A DNA stretch of 31,292 nucleotides from Oscillospiraceae bacterium (GTDB lineage: Bacteria; Bacillota; Clostridia; Oscillospirales; CAG-272), in NCBI GenBank assembly GCA_015065395.1, contig SVQJ01000001.1, forward strand, positions 1-31,292, written 5' to 3'. Shown piece by piece: positions 9,726-18,770 of the stretch (positions within the stretch are counted from its first letter, which is position 1; every line of letters begins with the position of its first letter). The notes below the pieces were generated by a model. The model was given only the letters and a program-made list of their open reading frames with translations, was not told the DNA's origin and made no database searches. Position numbers and translations under genes: made by a program.

Positions 9726-9757
9726 ATCCCCGACGATTTTTCGTCGGGGATTTTTTT
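9726..9757 (+). terminator. Intrinsic terminator
   Basis: 11-bp perfect stem ATCCCCGACGA-TTTT-TCGTCGGGGAT followed by a T tract. Confidence 0.9.
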
Positions 9758-9906
9758 ATGCCAAGGACTCGTTATCTGATAAGAGTTTCGGGATATGCAG
9801 CTTTTGTCTTGCAAAGCTTTGCAAAAAGCTACCGTATCCACTGTGATCAAAACGAGCTTTTCAACGCATATTTTTACATATATAAATGAAGGATTCAGCG
9901 TTTTTC

Positions 9907-9935
9907 TTGACATAAAATGAGGGTTGTGGTATTAT
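9907..9935 (+). promoter_or_regulatory. Sigma-A promoter of the hydrolase-murF-ddl cluster
   Basis: TTGACA, 17-bp spacer, extended TG-n-TATTAT. Confidence 0.72.
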
Positions 9936-9966
9936 TAATATGTATGAGTGTACGTTGGAGGTTCCT

Positions 9967-10740
9967 ATGGAGATTAAAGTAAACGGACTGAAAATTGAAT
10001 ACAGCGATAAAGGCGAGGGCTTTCCTGTTGTTATTCTCCACGGATGGTGCACAGAGCGCGAGCCCTATACTCCTCTTTCCGATCTGGTTTCCATTGGATA
10101 CCGAGCAATAGCTCCCAGTCTTCCGGGGTTTGGCGGAAGCGAAGAGCCTCCCGTTGCATGGGATGTGGATAAATTTGCCGATACGGTTCTGGAATTTATC
10201 GTGTCTCTCGAGCTTGAAAAAGTTATCCTCATGGGTCATTCCTACGGAGGCAGAGTTATTATAAAATTAGCCTCAAGAGAAAAGCTTCCCTTTGAGATAG
10301 ACAGAATAATTTTGGTTGATGCCGCCGGCGTCCTTCCCAAAAGGGGTCTTGATTATAAGCTTAGGGTGGCAAAATATAAGCTTGGCAAAAAAATATTGAA
10401 TCTTCCGCCATGCAAAAAGCTTTTCCCAAAGGCCGTGGAAAAGCTGCAGTCAAAGAGCGGTTCCTCAGATTATGCTAAGGCCTCTCCCATTATGCGAGGA
10501 TGTCTAGTCAAGGCGGTGAACGAGGATCTCACCCCTCTGTTTTCCAAGATAAAATATGAGGTGCTCCTTGTGTGGGGAACTCTGGATGATGCGACTCCTC
10601 TCTCAGATGCACTTCTCATGGAAAAGCTCATGCCTGATGCGGGCCTTGCAAAAATCGAAGGTGCCGGACATTTTTCATGGCTTGATAACCCTGCAGTCTT
10701 TAATTCAATTATCAGATCATATCTGAAGATAGGATACTAA
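9967..10740 (+). CDS. Alpha/beta-fold hydrolase (serine esterase-like)
   Basis: HGW oxyanion motif, GHSYGG nucleophile elbow, WGTLDDATP (Asp) and GAGHFSW (His). Start 9967 has GGAGG at 9957-9961; the track start 9940 lies at about the predicted transcription start. Confidence 0.88.
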   Translation: MEIKVNGLKIEYSDKGEGFPVVILHGWCTEREPYTPLSDLVSIGYRAIAPSLPGFGGSEEPPVAWDVDKFADTVLEFIVSLELEKVILMGHSYGGRVIIKLASREKLPFEIDRIILVDAAGVLPKRGLDYKLRVAKYKLGKKILNLPPCKKLFPKAVEKLQSKSGSSDYAKASPIMRGCLVKAVNEDLTPLFSKIKYEVLLVWGTLDDATPLSDALLMEKLMPDAGLAKIEGAGHFSWLDNPAVFNSIIRSYLKIGY

Positions 10741-10757
10741 GAAAAGGATATACATAT

Positions 10758-12341
10758 ATGGATATTGCAGTATTTGCTTTAAGCGTTGCCTTTTATCTTT
10801 TTGCCGTGGTCACAGCATTCTTGACCCAGGCGCATATATTTCAGCTCAATTCATACGGGGTCGGCACTCATCTGAAATGGATGGGTAAGAATTCACAGAG
10901 CCTGTCCCTTAATATTTTCGCTTTGCTTTTCTTTGGTATGACCCTGTATTGTGATTTTTATGTCAGACCGGAGGATTGGTATAATATAGTTATTCATCTT
11001 CTGTTTGCCGTCGCGCTTTTTGTAATGGCAGTTTCCAATATTCCTAAGAAAAAAGCAAAAACTCCTCTCGTTTTCACAGCGAGAGTGAAGAGAATGCTCG
11101 TCACCTATCTTCTCATCTGCGTTATTTGCGCGGTAGCATCGGTGCTGTTTTTCTGCGGACTTATCAAGGAGCTTTCCTACGGCATCCTTTTTGTCTCCTT
11201 CGCTCTCACACCCATCTGGCTCTTCCTTGCGAATTTTATAAATGCCCCCATAGAGGCTGCTGTCCGCCGTTATTATTTGAACGATGCTCTGCGTATCCTT
11301 AAGGGATGCCCCGATCTGAAGATCATCGGGATAACCGGAAGCTACGGCAAAACCTCCATGAAGACATTTCTCACTTCTATCCTCAAGCAGAAGTATAACG
11401 TGCTGATGACCCCCAAGAATTATAATACCCCCATGGGAGTGGTAATGACGGTGCGCGGCTACCTCAGAGGATATCATGAGTATTTTGTTTGCGAAATGGG
11501 CGCGAAGAAAAAGGGCGAGATCAAGGAGCTTTGCGATATAGTTCACCCCCGCGACGGTATCGTCACCTCCATCGGCCCTCAGCATCTTGAGTCCTTTAAG
11601 ACTATGGAAAATATCGTGGAAACAAAAATGGCACTTGCCAAAAATCTTTCCGGCGGTACCGCATTTTTGAATATCGATAATGAATATATAAGCGAGAACG
11701 TAACAGAGGGTGCGGTAACCTACGGCCTTTCTGAAAAGGCAGATTACCGTGCAAAGGTCATAGAGGTCTCCTCAAAGGGAACAAGCTTCTCCGTGACCTA
11801 TCCCGACGGCAGAGAATTTTGCTTTACCACAAGTCTTCTCGGTGCACATAACGTGCAGAATTTGTGCGGTGCCGTGGCTATTGCAGATCATCTCGGCGTA
11901 GGGGACGAAGAGATAGAGGAAGGAATTGCGAGGCTCAAGCCCGTTTCTCACAGATTGGAGCTTTGCGAAAAGGGAAATATCACCGTTATCGACGATGCCT
12001 ATAATTCAAATCCCGCAGGAGCCGCGGCGGCTCTTGAGGTCCTCTCATATTTTGACGATTATAAGATCCTCGTCACTCCCGGTATGGTAGAGCTTGGAGA
12101 GATGGAGGATGAGCTGAACTGCCGCTTTGGAAAGCAGGCAGCGGATGTTTGCGAGTATGCCATCCTTGTGGGAGAAAAGAGAGCGGCTCCCCTCCTTCGG
12201 GGTCTTCGTGAAAAGGGATATCCCGAAGATAAGATATATGTTGCAAAGGATATAAACGATGCAATGAATAAGGTGTATTCTCTTAAAACCGACCGTAAAA
12301 AGGTGGTGCTCTTGGAGAACGACCTTCCCGATAACTATTGA
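10758..12341 (+). CDS. murF: MurF-type Mur ligase with a polytopic N-terminal membrane domain
   Basis: GITGSYGKT P-loop, NYNTPMG, EMGA, GPQHLE, DDAYNSNP and TPGMVELG motifs. The first ~160 aa are 4-5 hydrophobic helices. Adjacent to ddl. Confidence 0.82.
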   Translation: MDIAVFALSVAFYLFAVVTAFLTQAHIFQLNSYGVGTHLKWMGKNSQSLSLNIFALLFFGMTLYCDFYVRPEDWYNIVIHLLFAVALFVMAVSNIPKKKAKTPLVFTARVKRMLVTYLLICVICAVASVLFFCGLIKELSYGILFVSFALTPIWLFLANFINAPIEAAVRRYYLNDALRILKGCPDLKIIGITGSYGKTSMKTFLTSILKQKYNVLMTPKNYNTPMGVVMTVRGYLRGYHEYFVCEMGAKKKGEIKELCDIVHPRDGIVTSIGPQHLESFKTMENIVETKMALAKNLSGGTAFLNIDNEYISENVTEGAVTYGLSEKADYRAKVIEVSSKGTSFSVTYPDGREFCFTTSLLGAHNVQNLCGAVAIADHLGVGDEEIEEGIARLKPVSHRLELCEKGNITVIDDAYNSNPAGAAAALEVLSYFDDYKILVTPGMVELGEMEDELNCRFGKQAADVCEYAILVGEKRAAPLLRGLREKGYPEDKIYVAKDINDAMNKVYSLKTDRKKVVLLENDLPDNY

Positions 12342-12359
12342 TAAGGAGACTTGTGAAAT

Positions 12360-13592
12360 ATGAAAACAAATCTGTGTGTTATATTCGGCGGCAGAAGCGT
12401 TGAGCATGAGATCTCCGTTATATCCGCCTTGCAGGCGATGGAGAATCTTGACAGCGCTAAATATGAGATAATACCTGTATATATAACAAAGAGCGGCGAA
12501 ATGTATACCGGTGATAAGCTTCGGGATGCTCTCTCCTATAAGAATATTCCCGCAATGCTCTCGGCATCCTATAAGGTCATCTTCGTAAGAGAAGGGGAGA
12601 AAACTCTTCTCCGTGCACTTGATCCCAAAATGATGAAAAAGCACCCTGATGTTATCGCTGACGTGGCATTCCCCATCGTTCACGGAACAAACGTGGAGGA
12701 CGGAGCCTTGCAGGGATATCTGAGGACTATGGGGCTTCCCTTCGTAGGCTGCGATGTGCTGGCAAGCGCTGTGGGAATGGATAAATTCGTAATGAAGACC
12801 GTGCTTAAGGAAGGCGGATTCCCCGTGCTCGATTGCCTTAGATTTAACAGGAGAAATGTAAAGATAGCTGCGTGCATAAGCGCGGTGGAGGAGAAGATAC
12901 CCTATCCTGTGATCGTAAAGCCTGTAAACCTGGGCTCAAGCGTTGGAATTTCAAAGGCGTCAAACAGAGAAGCATTGGAAAGCTCATTGAAGGATGCATT
13001 TTCCTATGCGGATACAGTCCTTGTGGAAAGAGCGGTAACAAAGCTTCGTGAGATAAATTGCTCCGTTGTCGGCGATACCACAAATGCTGATGCCTCAGAG
13101 TGCGAGGAGCCCTTCATGTGTGATGAGATACTCAGCTATAAGGATAAATATATGTCCGGCTCATCCTCTAAGGGCGGCGCAAAGGGCGGAGCCAAGAACC
13201 CGGGAGGCGCAAAGGGCGGCATGGCAAGCCTTCAGCGAAAGGTGCCTGCGGATATCACTCCCGAAATGCGCGAGCGTATCCGAACAATGGCGGTGGATGC
13301 CTTCAAATATCTGGGATGCAACGGTGTTTCCAGAATAGACTTTATGATAGATAACGCAACAGGGGAACTTTTTATCAACGAGTTTAATACCATCCCCGGA
13401 TCCTTGTCATTCTATCTTTGGAAGCCTCTCGGAGTGAGCTATACGACACTTTTGGACAGACTTGTTCAGCTTGCTCTGAAGAGAGCAAGAGAGGATGAGG
13501 ATATCACCTATTCCTTTGACACGAATATTCTTGCCATGGGTGCCCCCACGGGTGCTAAGGGCGCAAAGGGAGCCAAAGGGGCGAAGGCTTAA
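12360..13592 (+). CDS. ddl: D-alanine--D-alanine ligase family ATP-grasp enzyme
   Basis: FGGRSVEHEIS, PIVHGTNVEDG, MDK, VKPVNLGSSVGI, omega-loop SYKDKY, SRIDF and INEFNTIPGS motifs. Confidence 0.9.
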   Translation: MKTNLCVIFGGRSVEHEISVISALQAMENLDSAKYEIIPVYITKSGEMYTGDKLRDALSYKNIPAMLSASYKVIFVREGEKTLLRALDPKMMKKHPDVIADVAFPIVHGTNVEDGALQGYLRTMGLPFVGCDVLASAVGMDKFVMKTVLKEGGFPVLDCLRFNRRNVKIAACISAVEEKIPYPVIVKPVNLGSSVGISKASNREALESSLKDAFSYADTVLVERAVTKLREINCSVVGDTTNADASECEEPFMCDEILSYKDKYMSGSSSKGGAKGGAKNPGGAKGGMASLQRKVPADITPEMRERIRTMAVDAFKYLGCNGVSRIDFMIDNATGELFINEFNTIPGSLSFYLWKPLGVSYTTLLDRLVQLALKRAREDEDITYSFDTNILAMGAPTGAKGAKGAKGAKA

Positions 13593-13634
13593 TTTTTATA
13601 AAACAGCTCCCAAATTGTATGGAAAGGAAGAGCA

Positions 13635-14936
13635 ATGAAAGCATCAGTGTACACTCTCGGATGCAGAGTAAATCAATATGAGTCCGATGCGGTGGCAGAG
13701 ATGCTTGCGGGCGTAGGCTTTCAGATCGTGCCCTTCGGCGAGGAATGCGATATAACCGTTATCAACACCTGCACCGTTACTGCTGAAAGCGATCGAAAAA
13801 GCAGACAGCTTGTAAGAAGAGCAAAAAAATGCTCTCCTAACGGATATGTGATCGTCACCGGATGCTATGCACAAATAGCTAAAGATAGAGCGCTTGAAGA
13901 CGGTGCCTTTGCCGTTGTGGGAAACGGCGAAAAAAGCAGGATCGCAGATATTGCACTTTCCATGGTGAACGGCGGTATGGGGGGCTTGTGTGTGGGAGAT
14001 ATTATGTGCGCGCCCTACGATGAGCTTTCTGTAAGAGTTCCCAAAAGAGCAAGAGTTTATATAAAGATCGAGGACGGTTGCGAGAACAGATGCGCCTATT
14101 GCATTATCCCCAAGGCAAGGGGCGCGGTTCGCTCGAGAAAAATGGAGGATGTTCTGAAGGAGATTTCTGCATTTGCAGAAAAAGGCGTTCCCGAAATAAT
14201 ACTGACAGGTATCGAAACTGCATCCTACGGAAAGGATCTTTCCGATACTGATCTTGGAAAACTCCTTGATGAGGCTGGAAAAATAAAGGGTATCGAAAGG
14301 ATCGCCATGGGCTCCCTTGAGCCCACTGTTATAAAAAAGGCATTTGTCGAACACCTTTCAAAAAACAGAAAAATACTCCCTCATTTTCATCTGTCCATTC
14401 AGTCCGGCTGTACCCGAACTCTTAATAGAATGAGGAGAAGATATACGGCAGAGACGGCGCTTGCGGCAATCGAAGAAGTGCGAGAGTGCCTTCCCGATGC
14501 TACCTTTTCCGCAGATATTATCGTAGGCTTCCCGGGAGAGACCCGTGAGGATTTTGATGCCACGGTTGAGTTTTGCAAAAAAGCACAGCTTTTGCATCTT
14601 CATATATTTCCTTATTCCAAAAGGGAAGGAACAGAGGCGGCAGAAATGCCCGATCAGATTCCGGAAAACGAAAAAAAGGAAAGAGCGGCGTGTCTTGCGA
14701 GAATCGGGGAAGAGATACAGGACGGTATTTTAGATAAATATATACGGGATCACAGCGACGAGTATTCGCCGGTATACGTTCTTTGCGAAAAATGGGAAAA
14801 CGGTGTGTCAAACGGACATACAGAGCATTTTATCGAATGCGATATTGAAACAGAAGAAGGCCGTGTAGGAGAGATAATTCCCGTCGTTATCGTCGGAAGG
14901 CGTGGAAGCGTTCTTCTCGGCAAGGCTATTGACTGA
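13635..14936 (+). CDS. mtaB: tRNA t6A37 methylthiotransferase MtaB
   Basis: TLGCRVNQYES, INTCTVT, GCYAQ, radical-SAM CENRCAYC, HFHLSIQSG, DIIVGFPGET and HIFPYSKREGT motifs. Confidence 0.9.
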   Translation: MKASVYTLGCRVNQYESDAVAEMLAGVGFQIVPFGEECDITVINTCTVTAESDRKSRQLVRRAKKCSPNGYVIVTGCYAQIAKDRALEDGAFAVVGNGEKSRIADIALSMVNGGMGGLCVGDIMCAPYDELSVRVPKRARVYIKIEDGCENRCAYCIIPKARGAVRSRKMEDVLKEISAFAEKGVPEIILTGIETASYGKDLSDTDLGKLLDEAGKIKGIERIAMGSLEPTVIKKAFVEHLSKNRKILPHFHLSIQSGCTRTLNRMRRRYTAETALAAIEEVRECLPDATFSADIIVGFPGETREDFDATVEFCKKAQLLHLHIFPYSKREGTEAAEMPDQIPENEKKERAACLARIGEEIQDGILDKYIRDHSDEYSPVYVLCEKWENGVSNGHTEHFIECDIETEEGRVGEIIPVVIVGRRGSVLLGKAID

Positions 14937-14963
14937 AAAAAATAGTTGAAAGGAATTAAAAAT

Positions 14964-17081
14964 ATGAAAAAAACATTAGGCGCAATTTTAGGAGTATTTC
15001 TTGCACTTGTAACGGTGTTCACCTCAGTCCCCTTTACTGTAAGCGCGGCAGACAGTGTTGAGCTTATCGGTGAGGTGCAGGGAAGCATGCCTGATATCCG
15101 TATCAGCATTGATTCGGGCTATAGCCTTGACACCATCCACAAAGATAAGGATGAAAAGATCCGTACTAAGGTTTCCGTTTCGGGCGCATGGGACTCTTCC
15201 TTCAATTTCAGCTCCCTCGGCGCTGAGCTTAAGACCCGCGGAAACTCATCATGGCTCATGGATAAGAAGCCCTATCAGATCAAGTTTGATTCAAAAACCG
15301 ATATGTTCGGCATGGGCAAGGCTAAGAAGTGGATCCTTCTTGCAAACTACGTTGACGGCTCCTTTGTCCGCAATAAGATCATTTTCGACCTTGCGGAAAA
15401 TATCGGTATGCCCTACACGATCAAGTCTGTTTTCGTAAATCTTTACATAAACGGAGACTATAAAGGCGTCTATCAGCTTTGCGAAAAGGTTGAGATCGGT
15501 GATAACAGAGTCCCCCTTGAGGACGATTTCGGTGTTATAGCGGAAATGGATGCGGCAACCCGTCTTGAGGGCGAGCAGTTCTATTTCTATTCAAGCGTAA
15601 CCGGCAAGCCCTTCGTTTATAAGGAATATAACACAGATTTTGAGGATGCCCCCGCCGAGGACGTAGCGGCGGTGCGAAGCTTCTTTGAAAACAGAATAAA
15701 TACCCTTGAAAGCGAGCTATATAATAACGGAAAAAACTGGGAGCTTGTTGAGTCTCTCATCGATATCGATTCCGTTATCAAATTCTATTTTATAAATGAG
15801 CTTTGCATGAATGCTGATGCATGCTTTGCCAGCACCTTCTTCTATATCGACGGTAAGGACGATATTCTTCACATGGGCCCCTTATGGGACTATGACCGTA
15901 TTTTCGGCTATTACGATTATGTCGGAGGATATGTGCAGGGAACCGAGGAGGATTTCTTAAAGAATATCACCGATTGCACGGATAAGCAGAGAGTCGAGTG
16001 GTATAAGATGTTCTTCCAGTATCCCGAGTTCGTAGAGCGCGTAAATGAGCTTTACTCAGAGGTCATCAAGGATGAGTTTGATGCTGAGCGCATCAATGCA
16101 ACAATCGATGCATATCAGAAGCTCCTTTACAACAGCCTTATGAGAAATTACGTGGACGAGGGGTGGGCGCTCTTCCACAATAACTCCGAGGCTGAGTTCT
16201 TCTCAAACCGCACAGATGCAACAAACTATCTGAACTTCACAACAAATTATCTTAAGAATAATATTAAGGACAGAATTGAATATCTCAATTCCGCATACGG
16301 AAAATACGTTCCCGCACTCTTCTATCAGCAGAACGACGGCAGAGTATACAGCGGTGGCTCAATGACAGACAGCGCCAATCTTTCAAGCCTGGAAATGAGC
16401 CTTGACAGCTCTATCGACGGCGGTATAAGCTACATCGGATCAAGTCCTTCCGGAACGATCCCTGCCGTGGCTGACGGAGAGCGTCTCTCCGGTGTGGATA
16501 TTTCAGGATTAAAGATAAGTCTCACGGGTAATGTGAAAAATTATTTCTCCGTTCAGTACAGGGTCTGCGTAAACGGAAACTGGAGCTCTTGGGTGTCCAA
16601 CGGAACGTTGGCAGGCTCCAGAAGCGGAAGCCCGATAAAGAGGATACAAGTACGGCTTGTAGAGAAACAGGATGTTGTCCTCGGCACGGTCAGCTTTGAT
16701 TGCGCCGGTGTGGCTCAGATGGATAGTGTCACCGATGTTGTTGGAGATGTGGTCGTTCTTCCCGAAATGAGTGCTGAAGGCTATATCTTTAACGGCTGGT
16801 ATGCAGATCCCCTCTATAACGAGAAAATAGAAAGTATCACCGTAAGTGAAGGGGATACAACTGTTTTCGCTTCCTTCACAGAGGAAAGACCTGTGATCGT
16901 CGGTGATATCGACGGGGATGAGAATCATAGCTCAAGGGACGTAAATTTGCTTATGAAATGCGTTGCCGGCGCCACTGTTCTGACGGAAAAGCAGATGACG
17001 GCGGCTGATATGAACGGCGACGGCCTGGTTACCGCAACTGATGTGAATATGCTTATCCGCAAGGTGGCGGGAATACTTTGA
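14964..17081 (+). CDS. Secreted CotH-family kinase with ChW-like region, InlB-B/Listeria-Bacteroides-like repeat and C-terminal dockerin
   Basis: Signal peptide. CotH motifs KTRGNSSW, KKPYQIKF, WILLANY, YKGVYQLCEK and GPLWDYD. YRVCVNGNWSSWVSNG resembles ChW repeats. GYIFNGWY repeat. Duplicated Ca-binding loops GDIDGDENHSSRDVNLL and ADMNGDGLVTATDVNML. Confidence 0.85.
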   Translation: MKKTLGAILGVFLALVTVFTSVPFTVSAADSVELIGEVQGSMPDIRISIDSGYSLDTIHKDKDEKIRTKVSVSGAWDSSFNFSSLGAELKTRGNSSWLMDKKPYQIKFDSKTDMFGMGKAKKWILLANYVDGSFVRNKIIFDLAENIGMPYTIKSVFVNLYINGDYKGVYQLCEKVEIGDNRVPLEDDFGVIAEMDAATRLEGEQFYFYSSVTGKPFVYKEYNTDFEDAPAEDVAAVRSFFENRINTLESELYNNGKNWELVESLIDIDSVIKFYFINELCMNADACFASTFFYIDGKDDILHMGPLWDYDRIFGYYDYVGGYVQGTEEDFLKNITDCTDKQRVEWYKMFFQYPEFVERVNELYSEVIKDEFDAERINATIDAYQKLLYNSLMRNYVDEGWALFHNNSEAEFFSNRTDATNYLNFTTNYLKNNIKDRIEYLNSAYGKYVPALFYQQNDGRVYSGGSMTDSANLSSLEMSLDSSIDGGISYIGSSPSGTIPAVADGERLSGVDISGLKISLTGNVKNYFSVQYRVCVNGNWSSWVSNGTLAGSRSGSPIKRIQVRLVEKQDVVLGTVSFDCAGVAQMDSVTDVVGDVVVLPEMSAEGYIFNGWYADPLYNEKIESITVSEGDTTVFASFTEERPVIVGDIDGDENHSSRDVNLLMKCVAGATVLTEKQMTAADMNGDGLVTATDVNMLIRKVAGIL

Positions 17082-17088
17082 TATAAGT

Positions 17089-17122
17089 AAAAGGTCTGAC
17101 AAAAGTTTTGTCAGACCTTTTT
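17089..17122. terminator. Probable bidirectional intrinsic terminator
   Basis: 16-bp perfect inverted repeat AAAAGGTCTGACAAAA-G-TTTTGTCAGACCTTTT just after the CotH gene stop. Confidence 0.8.
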
Positions 17123-17137
17123 CAAATTTATGGGTCG

Positions 17138-17387
17138 ACGGATGGATATAAGGCTTTCTCGTTCTTTCCTTGAAAGGAAAGAACCAAAGGAACTTTAAGA
17201 AGACAAAGATTACGAAAAAGGCAAAAAGGCCCTAAAAAGAGGAATGCTCACAAAAATGAACGAGCTCATTTTTGTGAGCATTCCTCTTTTTAGGTTAGGG
17301 CACCTGGGCGCTGCCTTTTGCCTTGCAAGATTCAGCTAAACCCTTATGTAAAGTTTTTTGCAGAGCTTTTTTTCAAAAAAGCGACCG
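17138..17387. repeat. Structured intergenic repeat, copy 1 (MITE/REPIN-like)
   Basis: 52 bp (17155-17206) identical to 23332-23383 and collinear similarity over the whole length. Terminal hairpins plus a central perfect 29-bp stem (17231-17294). Confidence 0.9.
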
Positions 17388-17516
17388 CCTCTTTTGTATA
17401 AACCGAAGTTTTACAATTAATGTATAATTGTATCAGCTTTATAGAAATAATACAGTCCTTCGAAAAAAACAAGGAAGAAAAATGGAGATACGACGCGAAA
17501 AAATTTGTTTTATTTA

Positions 17517-17545
17517 TTGATTTTGTAAAGGCTTGGGAGTATAAT
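17517..17545 (+). promoter_or_regulatory. Sigma-A promoter of the nag operon
   Basis: TTGATT, 17-bp spacer, TATAAT. Confidence 0.65.
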
Positions 17546-17636
17546 AATTATAAGGGGAAATTTGGACTATTTTCCTGTGGATCCATAATATTTTGCAAAT
17601 TTTTGTGCCGCTCTTGCGGCAGGATGGAGAGAATAT

Positions 17637-18770
17637 ATGAAATGTATCATTAACGGACAGATCGTTCTGCCCCGCGAGGTCGTTTCGGGAATGGCGATCA
17701 TTTTCGATGAGAAGATCGAAAAGATCACACCCGTTGAAGGTCTTGATCTTTCAGCCTATGAAGTGATCGATGCCGAAGGTAAGTATGTTGCTCCCGGCCT
17801 TGTGGATATCCATATCCACGGATATCTCGGATGCGATACGTCCGACGGAGATCCCGACGGTATCCGTAAGATGTCTGCGGGTCTCGTAAGGAACGGCGTA
17901 ACAAGCTTCTGCCCCACCACCATGACAGTATCCGTTGAGGAGATCGAAAAGGCATTCAACGATGCAAGAGAGGTAAAGGCTGAGGGCGCAAAGAACGGCG
18001 CAAAGGTAGTTGGCATAAACTGCGAGGGTCCCTTTATCAATCCCTCAAAGAAGGGTGCGCAGGCAGCGGAGCATATCAAGCGTCCCGACTGCGAGTTTAT
18101 CAAGAAGCATGCAGATATTATCAAGGTATATACAATCGCTCCCGAGGTGGACGGCGGTCTTGAGTGCATCGAGGGCGTATTTGCCGACGGTCGCGTAGTT
18201 TCCTCCATGGGTCATACAAATGCAACTTTTGATGAGGCAAACGCAGGTATTGCAAAGGGTGTTCGTCATACAACACACCTTTTCAATGCTCAGACAGCTC
18301 TTATGCACCGTAACCCCGGTGTTGTAGGCGCGGCTCTTTCCGATGAGAATGTAAGCGTTGAGCTTATCTGCGATACATTCCACGTAAATCCCGGCCTTTA
18401 TAAGATGGTACATAAGCTCAAGGGTGACAAGCTCTGCATCATAACAGACTGTATGAGAGCAGGCGGTATGCCCGACGGCGACTATACTCTCGGCGGTCAG
18501 CCCGTTAAGAAGACAGGCATCCAGTGCCTCATGCCCGACGGCACTATCGCAGGAAGCGTTCTTGACCTTAATAAGGGCGTTAAGAACTTCTATGAGCATG
18601 CAGGCGTGACCCTTGCAGAGGCATTTGCAGCAGCAAGCCTTAATCCCGCAAAGGCTATAGGCGAGGCAGATTCCATTGGCTCCCTCGAGGTAGGCAAATG
18701 CGCTGATATTATTATTGTTGACACTGATTTCAATGTTATAAAAACTATTATCGGAGGTATCGAAAAATGA
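17637..18770 (+). CDS. nagA: N-acetylglucosamine-6-phosphate deacetylase
   Basis: PGLVDIHIHG, EGPFINP, GHTNA, THLFNA, ICDTFHV, ITDCM and IAGS motifs. Confidence 0.95.
   Translation: MKCIINGQIVLPREVVSGMAIIFDEKIEKITPVEGLDLSAYEVIDAEGKYVAPGLVDIHIHGYLGCDTSDGDPDGIRKMSAGLVRNGVTSFCPTTMTVSVEEIEKAFNDAREVKAEGAKNGAKVVGINCEGPFINPSKKGAQAAEHIKRPDCEFIKKHADIIKVYTIAPEVDGGLECIEGVFADGRVVSSMGHTNATFDEANAGIAKGVRHTTHLFNAQTALMHRNPGVVGAALSDENVSVELICDTFHVNPGLYKMVHKLKGDKLCIITDCMRAGGMPDGDYTLGGQPVKKTGIQCLMPDGTIAGSVLDLNKGVKNFYEHAGVTLAEAFAAASLNPAKAIGEADSIGSLEVGKCADIIIVDTDFNVIKTIIGGIEK

Noticed and set aside
12360-13592. Ddl as a VanA/VanB-type glycopeptide resistance ligase
   Set aside because: The omega loop retains Tyr (SYKDKY), and no vanH, vanX, vanR or vanS genes are adjacent.
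17555-17605. Possible NagR/DasR operator upstream of nagA (TTTGGACTATTT; TTTGCAAA palindrome)
   Set aside because: Poor match to the dre-type consensus and too short and AT-rich to distinguish from chance; no regulator gene nearby.
17420-17653. 77-aa ORF upstream of nagA as a leader peptide or small protein
   Set aside because: AT-rich, no RBS, and it spans the predicted nagA promoter.
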